A stretch of DNA of 64,000 nt from Omnitrophica bacterium GWA2_41_15. Its GTDB lineage: Bacteria > Omnitrophota > Gorgyraeia > Gygaellales > Profunditerraquicolaceae. Shown here in pieces: positions 26,501 through 37,700 of this stretch (within the stretch, counting starts at the first letter, position 1; each line of letters opens with the position of its first letter). The notes beneath the pieces were generated by a model, which saw nothing but the letters and a program-made list of their open reading frames with translations, was not told the DNA's origin and did not search any database. The DNA lies in assembly GCA_919901915.1 (NCBI GenBank), contig CAKKQB010000013.1, positions 64,192 through 128,191 of the forward strand, in the 5' to 3' direction. The translations under genes were made by a program, and so were the position numbers.

Positions 26501-26621
26501 CAATTTCAGGCATCAAATCAAGAGGAAGCCGAAAAAAAGAAACTATCCCCCAGACTAGGACCGCGAAAAAAATCATCAGATTTGCTACCGGGTATTTTAC
26601 GCCGAATTCAGGTAATTTCAT
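23514..26621 (-). CDS. RND efflux transporter permease (AcrB/HAE1-like)
   Basis: 1035 aa, 12 TM segments, two large periplasmic loops, typical ACR_tran sequence. Confidence 0.95.
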   Translation of the reverse strand: MKLPEFGVKYPVANLMIFFAVLVWGIVSFFRLPLDLMPEIEPPSISVITVYEGASAEDVESKVTEVIENNLATVANLDKLTSRSMEGTSVVSCRFKWGVNLDEASNDIRDKLEFAKRLLPEEIDTPIVFKFNTSMIPILYFSVSSEKYYTQLYHLMDKNVAEALKRLPGVGAVQISGGRERQINVSLDRGRLEAYNISPQQVINRLSEENITLPAGGLKIGFTDYSLRVPGEFSNPEQIKDIILTQQAEKTVYLKDVASVADSFKEETMFVRSNNVPSVMMMIQKRSGANTVDIVKSVRKELLRLQPLLPEGIKFAVLMDNAEHIEQSINDLSQTIYWGGIFVVIVVFFFLRQFLPSLIITLTIPFSLIIAFTFMYFFGYTINIISLSSLAIAIGMVVDNAIVIVDNIVRKLERGQKPKEAAIFGSSEVGSAVSASTFTTVVVFLPMVFITGIVGVFFRQLAVMITVTLLASLFTALTFSPMLSSLWLKNPAAEPVKDKKDLWRFLYEKSGKLLSFFDYTYAKILTQALKFKGATIFIAIGVFIFSIFLISRVGTEFVPEEDSGDLTITVEMPVGTRVEETDRAARAMEKIIYGEVPEAKQVYSRSGQSTTSGRFGSVFSAKSGSNVATVGIKLSKTTQRSRSAKEIGESLRPKLKTILGVKKVNISSISPISRLMFGAGKPVSVEILGNDFTITGQLANKIKDKMERIPGVVDTSISRDIGKPELQIEVDRTKASLLGLSMRQITDTLRTYFYGSAATKYREAGEEYDVFVRLKDEDRASISDIENISLLNSAGKVIRLSSIAAVVYKTGPIQIERQNQERIIKVEANVFRRSLGEVAKDVRKIIETENIPQGITVNLGADVEEQAKSFRDLFLLFLLGALLVYMVMASQFGSLIDPFIIMFSVPFAFTGVAFSLFVTGTTLNIASFIGLIMLVGIVVNNAIVLVDYINILRSRGLSIADAVVTGGANRLRPVLMTTITTLFGMIPLAFSRGEGSETWRPIGISMIGGLSISTLITLVLVPVIYALIKGRRHKQ

Positions 26622-27499
26622 TCTCCTCTTCCCTCTCTATCAACGATTATTGCCGCGCCGTCTTTTAGGTCCTGCTGGCCGAAAACAATCACTATATCTC
26701 CTTCTTTTATCCCGGTTAATATCTCAAGCCTGTTGTTATCGCGCCGGCCCGTAGTAACCTTAGTTTTATTAGCAATATTACCCTCTGCCAAAAAGACAAA
26801 TTTTTCTCCTCCATCCTGCACAACGGCGTCTTGAGGTAAAACCAAAACATCGCTTAAAACTGAGGCAATAATTTTAATCCGGCAAAACATCCCGGATTTT
26901 AAATGATGGCTGTTATTCGGGATAGAGATTTCTATTGGCAGGGTGCGGGTTTGCGAGTCAACCATCTCGCTGACGCGCCAAACCTCTCCGAAAAATTCTT
27001 CACGCGGATAAGCCTCTACCGCAATGACTGCTCTAAGACCGCGTTTCATATAAGGTATATCCTGCTCAGGGATATTCAGCTGGACAATTACCTCATCCAT
27101 ATTTACGACAATTGCTACCGCGCTTAAGCCGGGCGTAAGGCTAGCCCCTTTATCAAGAAGGATTCTTCCGACAATGCCGGAAATCGGAGACTCAACTTTG
27201 GCTAATTCAAATTTTAATCCGGTTTCATCGCGGTCAATATTTGCCAGCGCCTGGCCTTTTTGCACTACATCCCCCTCCTCAACCAAATATTCAAAAAGCT
27301 TCCCGGTAACTTTAGAAAAAACCTTTGCTTCGTCTTTTGCCTTAAGGCTACCGACATAATCAAAGGATAAAGTAAAATTTTCTTTTTTTACCGGCGCGGC
27401 CTTAACAACTTGTTTCGCTTGCTCTGCCATGGCAGGGCAGACGAACAATAGAATAAAAAGATAAAGACAAATTTGCATTCTATATTTTGCATTTTTCAT
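26618..27499 (-). CDS. efflux RND periplasmic adaptor subunit (HlyD/MFP family)
   Basis: 293 aa. Signal peptide, lipoyl-like and beta-barrel segments. 4-nt overlap with the RND gene. Confidence 0.85.
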   Translation of the reverse strand: MKNAKYRMQICLYLFILLFVCPAMAEQAKQVVKAAPVKKENFTLSFDYVGSLKAKDEAKVFSKVTGKLFEYLVEEGDVVQKGQALANIDRDETGLKFELAKVESPISGIVGRILLDKGASLTPGLSAVAIVVNMDEVIVQLNIPEQDIPYMKRGLRAVIAVEAYPREEFFGEVWRVSEMVDSQTRTLPIEISIPNNSHHLKSGMFCRIKIIASVLSDVLVLPQDAVVQDGGEKFVFLAEGNIANKTKVTTGRRDNNRLEILTGIKEGDIVIVFGQQDLKDGAAIIVDREGRGE

Positions 27500-27501
27500 T
27501 T

Positions 27502-28764
27502 TTATATCCCTCCTGTTGCCTGCTCAAACTTTGCCTTAGCGATAATGTAATCGTAAATTGCCTGCTTTTGATTAAACAAAGAAACCTCGTATTTTAGCCC
27601 GGCATCACCCAAATCAAGGGAACTGCTCTGGCCGGCTTTGTATTTTTCCTGTAATACTAAAAATGTATTTTTATAAAGGCCCTCCTCGGTTTGGCTGGCC
27701 TTTATTCTGGCAATAGCGTTCTTCAGCTCTAAATAAGTATTTTTTAATTCCAAAGCGATATCCTTAACGGTTTTTTCTTTAATAAGACGCGTTGCTTTTA
27801 AATCCACGATTGCCTGCTCAATCTTAGCCTTGGTCAACCAACCATCAAATATAGGCCCGGAGAAAGTCAGGCCAATCACATTATAATCATTCTGGTTTTT
27901 TTCCATAGCTGTACTTGCGCGCGAACGGCCGTAATAATCCCAAGAGGCATAAATATCCGGACGGTTACCCGCCTTGGCAATTTCAATTGACCTCTTATCC
28001 GCGTTCTCCTGCGCCTCATATTGCTTTATTTCCGGCCTATTACGCATCGCTTTTAAAAATGCTTCATCAAAAGCAATCACGCGCTCTTCATAATTAAACA
28101 CGCCCGTTAATTTTATCCGCGCGTCAAAACCTAAATATAATAAATTTCTCAAAAGCTCTTCGCCTGTTTCAACCTGATTTAAAGACGCGCTATAAGCCTC
28201 TTCTGTTACGGCAAGCGACAACTGAATACCTAAAATATCAGATTCAGAAACCTCTCCGTTTTTATAACGTAAAAGTAAAGAATTCAAATGTTCTCGCGCG
28301 TTTTCAAGTATCCCTCTATTTAACCGCGTAAATTCCTCACTGAGAAGTAAAGCATAAAATGCCTTTGTTACGTCTAAAACTAATTCTAATTTTGTCTTAT
28401 CCATAATAGCCCGCGCCACTTCAAATTTAGCGTTATTATACCGGATAGTATTAACAACCTCGCCACCTCTATAAAGGTATTGTTTTAAAGCGGCTCCAGC
28501 AGTAGTTTGCGCCAAGTCCTTCGCGTAATACCCCCGAGTATCTGTCAGGCTTCCAGTAAGATTTAGCGTCGGGAAAAAACTGGCTTTACTCTCAGAGATT
28601 TTCTCTTTCGCTTTTTTAACATCTTCTGCCTTAAGCAAAATGCCGCGGTTATCCCGCAAGGCAATAACTATCGCTTCATCAAGAGTCAAAGTTATCTCTT
28701 GCGCGTGGACAATAGACGGTAAAAAAAAAGTAAGTACGATTAACAAAAAAAATAGTCTTTTCAT
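27502..28764 (-). CDS. TolC family outer-membrane efflux protein
   Basis: 420 aa. Signal peptide and a duplicated OEP repeat. Confidence 0.9.
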   Translation of the reverse strand: MKRLFFLLIVLTFFLPSIVHAQEITLTLDEAIVIALRDNRGILLKAEDVKKAKEKISESKASFFPTLNLTGSLTDTRGYYAKDLAQTTAGAALKQYLYRGGEVVNTIRYNNAKFEVARAIMDKTKLELVLDVTKAFYALLLSEEFTRLNRGILENAREHLNSLLLRYKNGEVSESDILGIQLSLAVTEEAYSASLNQVETGEELLRNLLYLGFDARIKLTGVFNYEERVIAFDEAFLKAMRNRPEIKQYEAQENADKRSIEIAKAGNRPDIYASWDYYGRSRASTAMEKNQNDYNVIGLTFSGPIFDGWLTKAKIEQAIVDLKATRLIKEKTVKDIALELKNTYLELKNAIARIKASQTEEGLYKNTFLVLQEKYKAGQSSSLDLGDAGLKYEVSLFNQKQAIYDYIIAKAKFEQATGGI

Positions 28765-28766
28765 TT

Positions 28767-29117
28767 TTAAACGAAATTTTCTTGAACCAACATCTCCTTT
28801 ATTCGCGTCAGAATACGCAGGTAATCAAGCCGATCTTTTTCTGAAATCTTGCTAAAAATTTTAATAATCATCTCTCGCCGCTGGACATTGATCTTCTTAA
28901 CCAGCTTCGTACCGCGCAAGCTAAGTTTTACTTTAATAATCCGCCTGTCTTTAGAATCATCCTGTCTTAAACAATATCCGCCCCTAACCAGCCTATCCAC
29001 AGTGCCGGTCATCGCGGCGGTAGTCACGCGCATAAAACGCGCCAAAGCGCTCATCTTAGATTCGCCTACACGGTTTAAAGACTCCAAAATCAAAATTGTC
29101 AAGGAGTAACTACTCAA
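28767..29117 (-). CDS. MarR family regulator, apparently N-terminally short
   Basis: 116 aa with a TTG start. The wHTH is present (MSALARFMRVTTAAMTGTVDRLVRGGY...DRRIIKVKLSLRG), but about 30 aa of the usual N-terminal helix are missing. A terminator abuts the start. Confidence 0.7.
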   Translation of the reverse strand: MSSYSLTILILESLNRVGESKMSALARFMRVTTAAMTGTVDRLVRGGYCLRQDDSKDRRIIKVKLSLRGTKLVKKINVQRREMIIKIFSKISEKDRLDYLRILTRIKEMLVQENFV

Positions 29118-29118
29118 T

Positions 29119-29156
29119 AAAAAAAGCGCCTCTGCTTTCGCAGAGGCGCTTTTTTT
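29119..29156 (-). terminator. bidirectional rho-independent terminator
   Basis: aaaaaa-gcgcctctgc-tttc-gcagaggcgc-tttttt, a GC-rich stem flanked by A6 and T6. Confidence 0.75.
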
Positions 29157-29427
29157 GTAATAGTTCAGCTCTCGGAAGTACCCGTCGGTGTCATTGCGAG
29201 CCCGAAGGGCGAAGCAATCTCTTTAAAAAGATTGCTTCGTCGCTATCGCTCCTCGCAATGAGACTGCGTCATAATTCGGTTTTGGTGTCATTCCGGCGAA
29301 AGCCGGAATCCATTCTCCGGCAATAACACAACTCACTGGATTCCGGCTTTCGCCGGAATGACGAATTTTTAACGATTATGACACAGTCTGAATGACACAA
29401 GTACTTCCAAGAGCTGAACTATTACCT
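29155..29427. mobile_element. composite nested palindromic element with about 21-bp inverted ends TAGTTCAGCTCTYGGAAGTAC
   Basis: Ends at 29161-29181 and 29400-29420 with 1 mismatch. Inside are core III (29190-29262) and an inverted pair of core I hairpins (29287-29311, 29338-29362). Confidence 0.65.
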
Positions 29428-29466
29428 TTTTTTGTATTTCTTAAAACAGAAAACTCCTTAAGTCCA

Positions 29467-31110
29467 TTAGGCCGCCTTCATGATCTTCTTTGCCTTGGCA
29501 TCAGCCGCATCTGTAATAAACGCGATTCCGGTTTCCTTTTCAGTCTCACGGTTGGCAGAGAAAATATCATCCCGGGTAATTGTCTTGAGCGAAAATCTCC
29601 TCGCGCCAGCCATTAACTGCTGAACCCCTGCGGCTAATTTATCCGCCAATGTCCAAACAGCAACCGCGCCATACGGAATATTTTTCATTTCATCCTTGCC
29701 AACCTTTTTCTGCACATCATAGTATCCGGAAAATATCTCATCAACAGTAGCTCCGAATTCAGCAACCGAAGCAGGAAGCTTATCCCAATTGCCACAAACT
29801 TTTTCTTTTACTGCCGGATTCAATGCTCCCTCGATATTCGAGCCCAAAAATCCGGGAATCATCAACGAGCGGCCCATACAAACAAGTTTCGTATACGGAG
29901 CGCCTAAAGCCAACGCCTTAAAAATATGGTCTTCACGGGCTAGACCGCCAGCAAAAGCCATATCCACAACTTTCTTATCTTTTTTAGTAAGCATTTGCGC
30001 GTACTCATAAGCCTTAGCATGCAAAAGAAGAGAAGGAACTCCCCATGCCTCCATCATATTCCACGGGCTCATTCCAGTTCCGCCGCCTGAACCATCAATA
30101 GTAAGCAAGTCTAATTTCGCGTCAGTAGCGTATTTTATAGACATCGCCAAAGCTTCCATTCCGTAAGAACCGGTTTTTAAAGAAATGCGCTTATAACCGA
30201 TTTTACGCAAATATTTAACCGCCTTCATAAAATTTTCTCTCACAGCGTCAGAAGAAGATAGGCTTGTATAACCTAAACGGCTGTGGCGCGCGAATGACTT
30301 AATTGCTTTGTGTTTAAAAGCCTCTTGAACTTCCGGAATCGTAGGATCAGGGTCAACCACATAACCTCTTTTCTTTAAGAAAAGGGCGTAGTCAAGGCTA
30401 TTTACCTGAATTTCTCCACCGATACACTTTGCTCCCTGGCCCCACTTAAGTTCAATAATCGCCTTATCACCATATTTCTCAATCACGTATTCAGCAACGC
30501 CATTACGCGTATCTTCCACATTCATCTGCACGATAATCGCGCCATATCCGTCATAATAACGTAAAAATGTCTCAATCCTTCTATCTAATTCCGGCGCCTT
30601 CAAAATCCTGCCGTCTTTTATTTCCGCTTTCTGATCAATACCAACTACGTTTTCGCCAACTACAATTGGAAAACCTACTAGCGCCGCGCCTACAGCAAAA
30701 GATTCCCAATATTTAGCGGCAATAAATGTTGAGCCTAACGCGCCGGTCATCACAGGAATTTTAAACTTTGTCTTTACTTGCTGCCCAAATTCACCCTCAA
30801 GGCTTACATTCGGAAAAATACAATCATCTTCAGAATTGGATAACCCTTTTGGCAAACCAGTAACTCCGTAATTATATCCATTTATACGCAAAGAATTATA
30901 GCAAACACCCGTATGAGAGGTATTGGAACTGCCTGCTGTAGTAAAACTATAATCCCTGGGGTAGAGCATTTTTCTTCCCTTAAGGCTCGAAAGCCATGTT
31001 TCACATTTTCCCATACAATCAGCCCGGCACAAGGTGCATAAGCCTGATTCCGCGGGATTGCCTCTATTCACACTCCCTAAAGCATCATTTGTCTTTGGCC
31101 ATTGAATCAT
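29467..31110 (-). CDS. FMN-binding glutamate synthase family protein (GltB central-domain homologue) with N-terminal Cys cluster
   Basis: 547 aa. Has CTLCRADCMGKCE, DGSGGGTG and GG...ALALGA, typical of the Glu_synthase domain. Confidence 0.85.
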   Translation of the reverse strand: MIQWPKTNDALGSVNRGNPAESGLCTLCRADCMGKCETWLSSLKGRKMLYPRDYSFTTAGSSNTSHTGVCYNSLRINGYNYGVTGLPKGLSNSEDDCIFPNVSLEGEFGQQVKTKFKIPVMTGALGSTFIAAKYWESFAVGAALVGFPIVVGENVVGIDQKAEIKDGRILKAPELDRRIETFLRYYDGYGAIIVQMNVEDTRNGVAEYVIEKYGDKAIIELKWGQGAKCIGGEIQVNSLDYALFLKKRGYVVDPDPTIPEVQEAFKHKAIKSFARHSRLGYTSLSSSDAVRENFMKAVKYLRKIGYKRISLKTGSYGMEALAMSIKYATDAKLDLLTIDGSGGGTGMSPWNMMEAWGVPSLLLHAKAYEYAQMLTKKDKKVVDMAFAGGLAREDHIFKALALGAPYTKLVCMGRSLMIPGFLGSNIEGALNPAVKEKVCGNWDKLPASVAEFGATVDEIFSGYYDVQKKVGKDEMKNIPYGAVAVWTLADKLAAGVQQLMAGARRFSLKTITRDDIFSANRETEKETGIAFITDAADAKAKKIMKAA

Positions 31111-31291
31111 TTTAATTCTCCTTTTCTATTTGTTACACAATTTCTCTGCCTATAGCTTTGGCTATCGAAAGCCAAAGCTAAAAATTAAAAAGACACCTTA
31201 GAAAGTATTCAGAACGTCTTTGTTCTATACTTCTTTCGAAAAACCCAACCTGCTTCTTTGCAAGTTCCGGCTGTCTTAAATTATTGACAAA

Positions 31292-31319
31292 ATCTTAGCA
31301 CCGAAACAACTTTTGTCAA
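31292..31319 (-). promoter_or_regulatory. sigma70-type promoter (tttttcTTGACA-16-TAAGAT)
   Basis: Minus strand reads TTGACAaaagttgtttcggtgcTAAGAT, about 175 nt upstream of the 31110 start. Confidence 0.5.
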
Positions 31320-31402
31320 GAAAAATAAACACGAATTACCACGAATTTTCACCCCACACCAATACATTAGTAACCCGCTTTGTCGTATCGAGCGCTCTTT
31401 TT

Positions 31403-31468
31403 GGGCGAGCAAGCTCGCCCCTACGAATCGTCGTATACATCGCGTAGGGGTGGGCTTGCCCACCCTAT
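31403..31468. repeat. pair of GC-rich hairpins (GGGCGAGCAAGCTCGCCCCTACGA; GTAGGGGTGGGCTTGCCCACCCTAT)
   Basis: The first is repeated at 33208-33231 with the same T-rich 5' flank. Confidence 0.8.
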
Positions 31469-31527
31469 GTTGATTATTAAATTCGTAACTATGTTCACAA
31501 TAAATACAAAACAACGAAAATTTGCTA

Positions 31528-33186
<1,659 letters not shown>

Positions 33187-33207
33187 TCATCTTATAATTT
33201 CTGTTTT

Positions 33208-33231
33208 GGGCGAGCAAGCTCGCCCCTACGA
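33208..33231. repeat. GC-rich hairpin GGGCGAGCAAGCTCGCCCCTACGA, copy 2
   Basis: Identical to 31403-31426. Confidence 0.85.
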
Positions 33232-33322
33232 AAAATTATCATCGTCCGGTCAAACCCCGGAATCGTACGGGACAGGCATGGCTACCCCCTACACGAGCGA
33301 CAATCCCTATTATAGGATATTT

Positions 33323-34750
33323 TTAGATAATCGGCAAATTATTTTCTTGCGTCAAATACTTATCCATAAAATCAGCGCAGCGCCTTCCTTCTGAAATGGC
33401 CCAAACAATTAAAGACTGACCGCGACGCATATCTCCACAAGAAAAAACGCCTCGCCGAGAAGTCAGAAAACTTTCTTTTAACAAGTTGTTTCTCTCTGGG
33501 GGCAAAAAACCCAAGGCTAAAATTACCAAATCCCCATCGAGTTCAAATTCGCTTCCGGAAATTTCTTCCATTACAGAATGGCCTGATTCATTCTTCTTGA
33601 ATTCAACCCGGCAGCAAGAAAGCTTTTTTACGTGTCCATTCTCACCAATAAACTTTTTTGTGGAAACCGACCAATCGCGAATTCCAGCTTCTTGGTGGCT
33701 GGTAGTAGCCTTAAGAAGCAGCGGATACTTTGGCCAGGGATAATCACGCGTGCGGGATTCAGCCGGCCGCGGCATAATTTCAATCTGGGTGACGCTCTTC
33801 GCGCCTTGCCTATGCGCGACGCCGATACAATCCGCGCCGGTATCCCCGCCGCCAATCACCACAACTTTTTTATCTTTAGCATCAATAAGTTCATCCGAAG
33901 AAAATTTTACGCCTTGCGCTCTTTTATTTGATTGAATCAAATAATCCATCGCGAAATATATGCCTTTTAATTCCCTTCCTTCTATCTTTTCAGCCGCAGG
34001 CTGATCCGCCTTCGGCGGAAGATCCCGAGGAATACGAGAACCGCAAGCTAAACAAATCGCGTCAAACTCTTTTCTTGAATAAGGCGCCTTTAAATCCATA
34101 CCCACATTTATGCCCGGCATAAATTTTATTCCTTCCTTTTTCAAAATTTCTAAGCGCCGATCCAAAATCCTTTTTTCTAATTTAAAATCCGGGATCCCAT
34201 AGCGAAGAATACCGCCAATTTTATCATCCCGCTCAAACACCACTACATTATGCCCCGCCTTGTTTAATTGATCCGCGCAAGATAAGCCCGCAGGGCCAGA
34301 ACCAATAATTGCCACTTTTTTTCCGGTGCGCCTCTTAGGCGGATTAGGCTTAATAAATCCATGTTTAAACGCGTACTCAATTATTGCCAACTCATTCTCT
34401 CTTGTAGTTACCGCCTCATCATTAATCTCTAAAACACAGGCATATTCGCAAAGAGCCGGACAAATTCTGCCGGTAATCTCCGGAAAATTATTAGTAGCCG
34501 AAAGCAGCAAATAAGCCTTTTCCCACTTGCCGCGAAATAACAAATCATTCCATTCCGGGATATAATTACTAATGGGACAGCCCCAAAGACAAAACGGCGT
34601 CCCACAATCCATGCAGCGCGAAGCCTGCTCCATAGAATGTTCGACTGCAGGTAATATGCCCACTTCGCGATAATCTTGGACGCGTTCACAAACAGGCCTG
34701 CATTTAGATACTTGCCTTTTAACTTTTAAGAAACCTTTAATATCACCCAT
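33323..34750 (-). CDS. gltD: glutamate synthase small subunit (NAD(P)H)
   Basis: 475 aa. Fe-S Cys motifs, GSGPAGL and GGGDTG dinucleotide folds. 8-nt overlap with gltB. Confidence 0.9.
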   Translation of the reverse strand: MGDIKGFLKVKRQVSKCRPVCERVQDYREVGILPAVEHSMEQASRCMDCGTPFCLWGCPISNYIPEWNDLLFRGKWEKAYLLLSATNNFPEITGRICPALCEYACVLEINDEAVTTRENELAIIEYAFKHGFIKPNPPKRRTGKKVAIIGSGPAGLSCADQLNKAGHNVVVFERDDKIGGILRYGIPDFKLEKRILDRRLEILKKEGIKFMPGINVGMDLKAPYSRKEFDAICLACGSRIPRDLPPKADQPAAEKIEGRELKGIYFAMDYLIQSNKRAQGVKFSSDELIDAKDKKVVVIGGGDTGADCIGVAHRQGAKSVTQIEIMPRPAESRTRDYPWPKYPLLLKATTSHQEAGIRDWSVSTKKFIGENGHVKKLSCCRVEFKKNESGHSVMEEISGSEFELDGDLVILALGFLPPERNNLLKESFLTSRRGVFSCGDMRRGQSLIVWAISEGRRCADFMDKYLTQENNLPII

Positions 34751-37700
34751 CTGATGCCTCCACCAACTCTATTTTCTCTTCTGTTTTTCTGCCTCCTAAT
34801 ACACGTTTATATTCAATGGGCATAACTTTTACAAATTTTTTTAATTCAGGAGTAAAATTATCTAAGATATTTTTCGCGCTGGAACTGCGCGTATAATGAT
34901 AGTGATTAGAAAGCAACTTCTCGATTGTTCGCGCGTCTTCTTCGGCCACGGCCTCAAGTATTACCATTTCCATATTGCACTTATTCTTAAAATCTCCGTC
35001 CTTATCCCAAACATAGGCGATACCGCCTGACATACCCGCGGCAAAATTTCTTCCGGTTCTGCCGATAACCACAACTCTGCCTCCGGTCATATATTCGCAA
35101 GCGTGATCTCCTACGCCCTCAACCACCGCGTAAAGGCCGGAATTCCTGATACAAAATCTCTCACCGGCAATCCCGCGGATATAGGCAGAGCCTAAAATTG
35201 CTCCGTAAAAAGTAGTATTGCCAATAATAATATTTTCTTCTACTTTGTAATTTGATTGCCTATCCGGATAGATGATAATTTTCCCTCCGGACATACCTTT
35301 ACCTACATAATCATTCGTCAGGCCTTCTAACTCAAGAGTAACTCCTTTGGCAAGCCAAGCGCCAAAACTTTGACCTGCCACACCCTTAAATTTAAAGTGT
35401 ATCGTATTCGCGGGTAAACCATCCTCCCCAAAAATACGACAAACTTCGCCGCTTAACATCGTGCCGACACTACGATTATGATTTCTAATGGATAGCTCTA
35501 TTTTAATTGGCTTCCTATTTTCCAAGGCGCCCCGAGCCAATTCGATAAGTTTTCTATCTAGAATATTGTCAATTCCGTAATCCTGTTTATAAGGAGCCAA
35601 ACCACTGCCCTCTGGCTTGCGGCTCGGGCTATGGGAAGCCCGACCATTGCCCTTTGGCTGATATAAAATCCGGGAAAAATCTATTTTCTTTGCTTTCCAG
35701 GGAAGAATCTTGCTATTTACTTCCAACAAATCAGCGCGGCCAATCAGATCATCTATTTTAACAATACCTAAACTACTCATAATCTGACGCAATTCCTGGG
35801 CAATGAAACGAAAATAATTTTCTACATATTCCGGCTTCCCGCTAAAGCGTTTCTCTAAAAGTTCATCCTGCGTAGCCACGCCAAGAGAACAGTTATTTAA
35901 GTGGCAATGTCTAAGCATAACACATCCCAAAACAACTAAGACTGAAGTACAAAATCCAAACTCCTCCGCGCCCAAAAGCGCGGCCACAGCCACATCCCTG
36001 CCGGTGCGCATTCCTCCGTCAACCTGAAGCCTCACCCTGCTTCTTAAATCATTTAAAACCAGGGTCTGATGTGTTTCGGCAATACCTAATTCCCAGGGAA
36101 GCCCGGCATGCTTAATGGAACTTAAGGGGGATGCCCCGGTGCCGCCATCTCCGCCGGAAATCAAAATCATATCCGCGTGCCCCTTAGCCACTCCCGTGGC
36201 AATAGTTCCTACTCCAATTTCAGAAACAAGTTTTACACTAACGCGCGCGCGCGGATTAACATTTTTTAAATCAAAAATTAGCTGGGCTAAATCTTCAATA
36301 GAATAAATATCATGATGCGGCGGCGGAGAAATCAAAGTTACGCCGGGAGTTGTATAACGAATCTTAGCGATAGCCGCGCTTACTTTGTGGCCGGGAAGCT
36401 GGCCGCCTTCCCCGGGCTTAGCGCCTTGCGCGATTTTAATCTGCAATTCATCAGCATTTACTAAGTAATTCGTAATAACGCCAAAACGCCCGGAAGCAAC
36501 CTGCTTTATAGCGCTGCGCTTAGAATCTCCGTTTGGGAACGCGACAAAACGCGCTGGATCCTCTCCTCCTTCGCCGGTATTAGACCTACCCCCCAATCTA
36601 TTCATCGCGATAGCTATTGTTTCATGGCAAGCCTTACTAATTGAGCCAAAACTCATCGCGCCGGTAACAAAACGCCGGACGATTTCGCTAACCGGCTCTA
36701 CTTCTTCAATGGGAATAGGCTTAACTTCTTTAAATTTAAAAAGGCTTCTTAAAGTAGCAGGATTACTTGATTGATCATTAATGAGTTTCGCAAACTCCTG
36801 GTATTTTTTAGAATCATTATTTCTTACCGCACCCTGCAAAGCGGCAATACTATCCGGATTCCAAAGATGAAATTCACCGTCTTTCTTCCACTGATACAGG
36901 CCGCCAGTTGCTAAAAATGGCCTTTGTAAACCATCGACCGCGAATGCCTCTTTGTGCCTTAGAAGCGCTTCCTTCTCAATAATTCCTAAATCAATACCTC
37001 CAATACGGGAAACTGTTCCGGTGAAATATTTATCAATTACCTCTGAACTTAGGCCCAATGCCTCGAATATCTGCGCGCCCCGATAACTTTGTAAAGTAGA
37101 AATTCCCATTCTTGAGAGTATCTTTAGAATGCCTTTATCCACTGCCTTAATATAATGCTTTATCGCGGACTCTAAATCTAAGTCAACTTCCTTATCTCTA
37201 ATTAAAAAGGCGGCCGCTTCATAGGCAAGATACGGATTAATACAATCCGCGCCATACCCAAACAAGAGCGCGAAATGATGCACCTCGCGCGGAGAAGCGC
37301 TTTGAACAATAATACTTACCTGGGTACGCAGCGCCTTTCTTACCAAATCCTGATGCACACAAGCCGTTGCCAATAACGCGCTAAGGCAGGCCTTATCTTT
37401 ATTTATACCCTGATCACTTAAAATAACAAAAGTAAAACCCTCTTTTATCGCGGCTTCTGTTTCTTTGCAAATCCTGTCTAATGCTTTTTTAAAATTGTTT
37501 TTTTCTGAAATATTAAACAGAAGAGAAATTGTTTTTGTTTTAAAACCGTTCTTTTTTATATCGTGAATCTTTTTCAGATCTTCATTTGTCAAAATAGGAT
37601 TTTTTACTAATAACTTATGGCAATGCCGCGGCTGCTCATCCAAAATATTTTTTTGCGGCCCTAAATACGTATCAAGGCTCATCACCAGCTCTTCCCTGAT

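Noticed and set aside
31403-31426. GGGCGAGCAAGCTCGCCC hairpins (31403 and 33208) as terminators of pyrG and gltD.
   Set aside because: The T-rich run precedes the hairpin on the + strand, which means an A-run follows it on the coding strand. That orientation is wrong for termination of the minus-strand genes, so these were classed as repeats.
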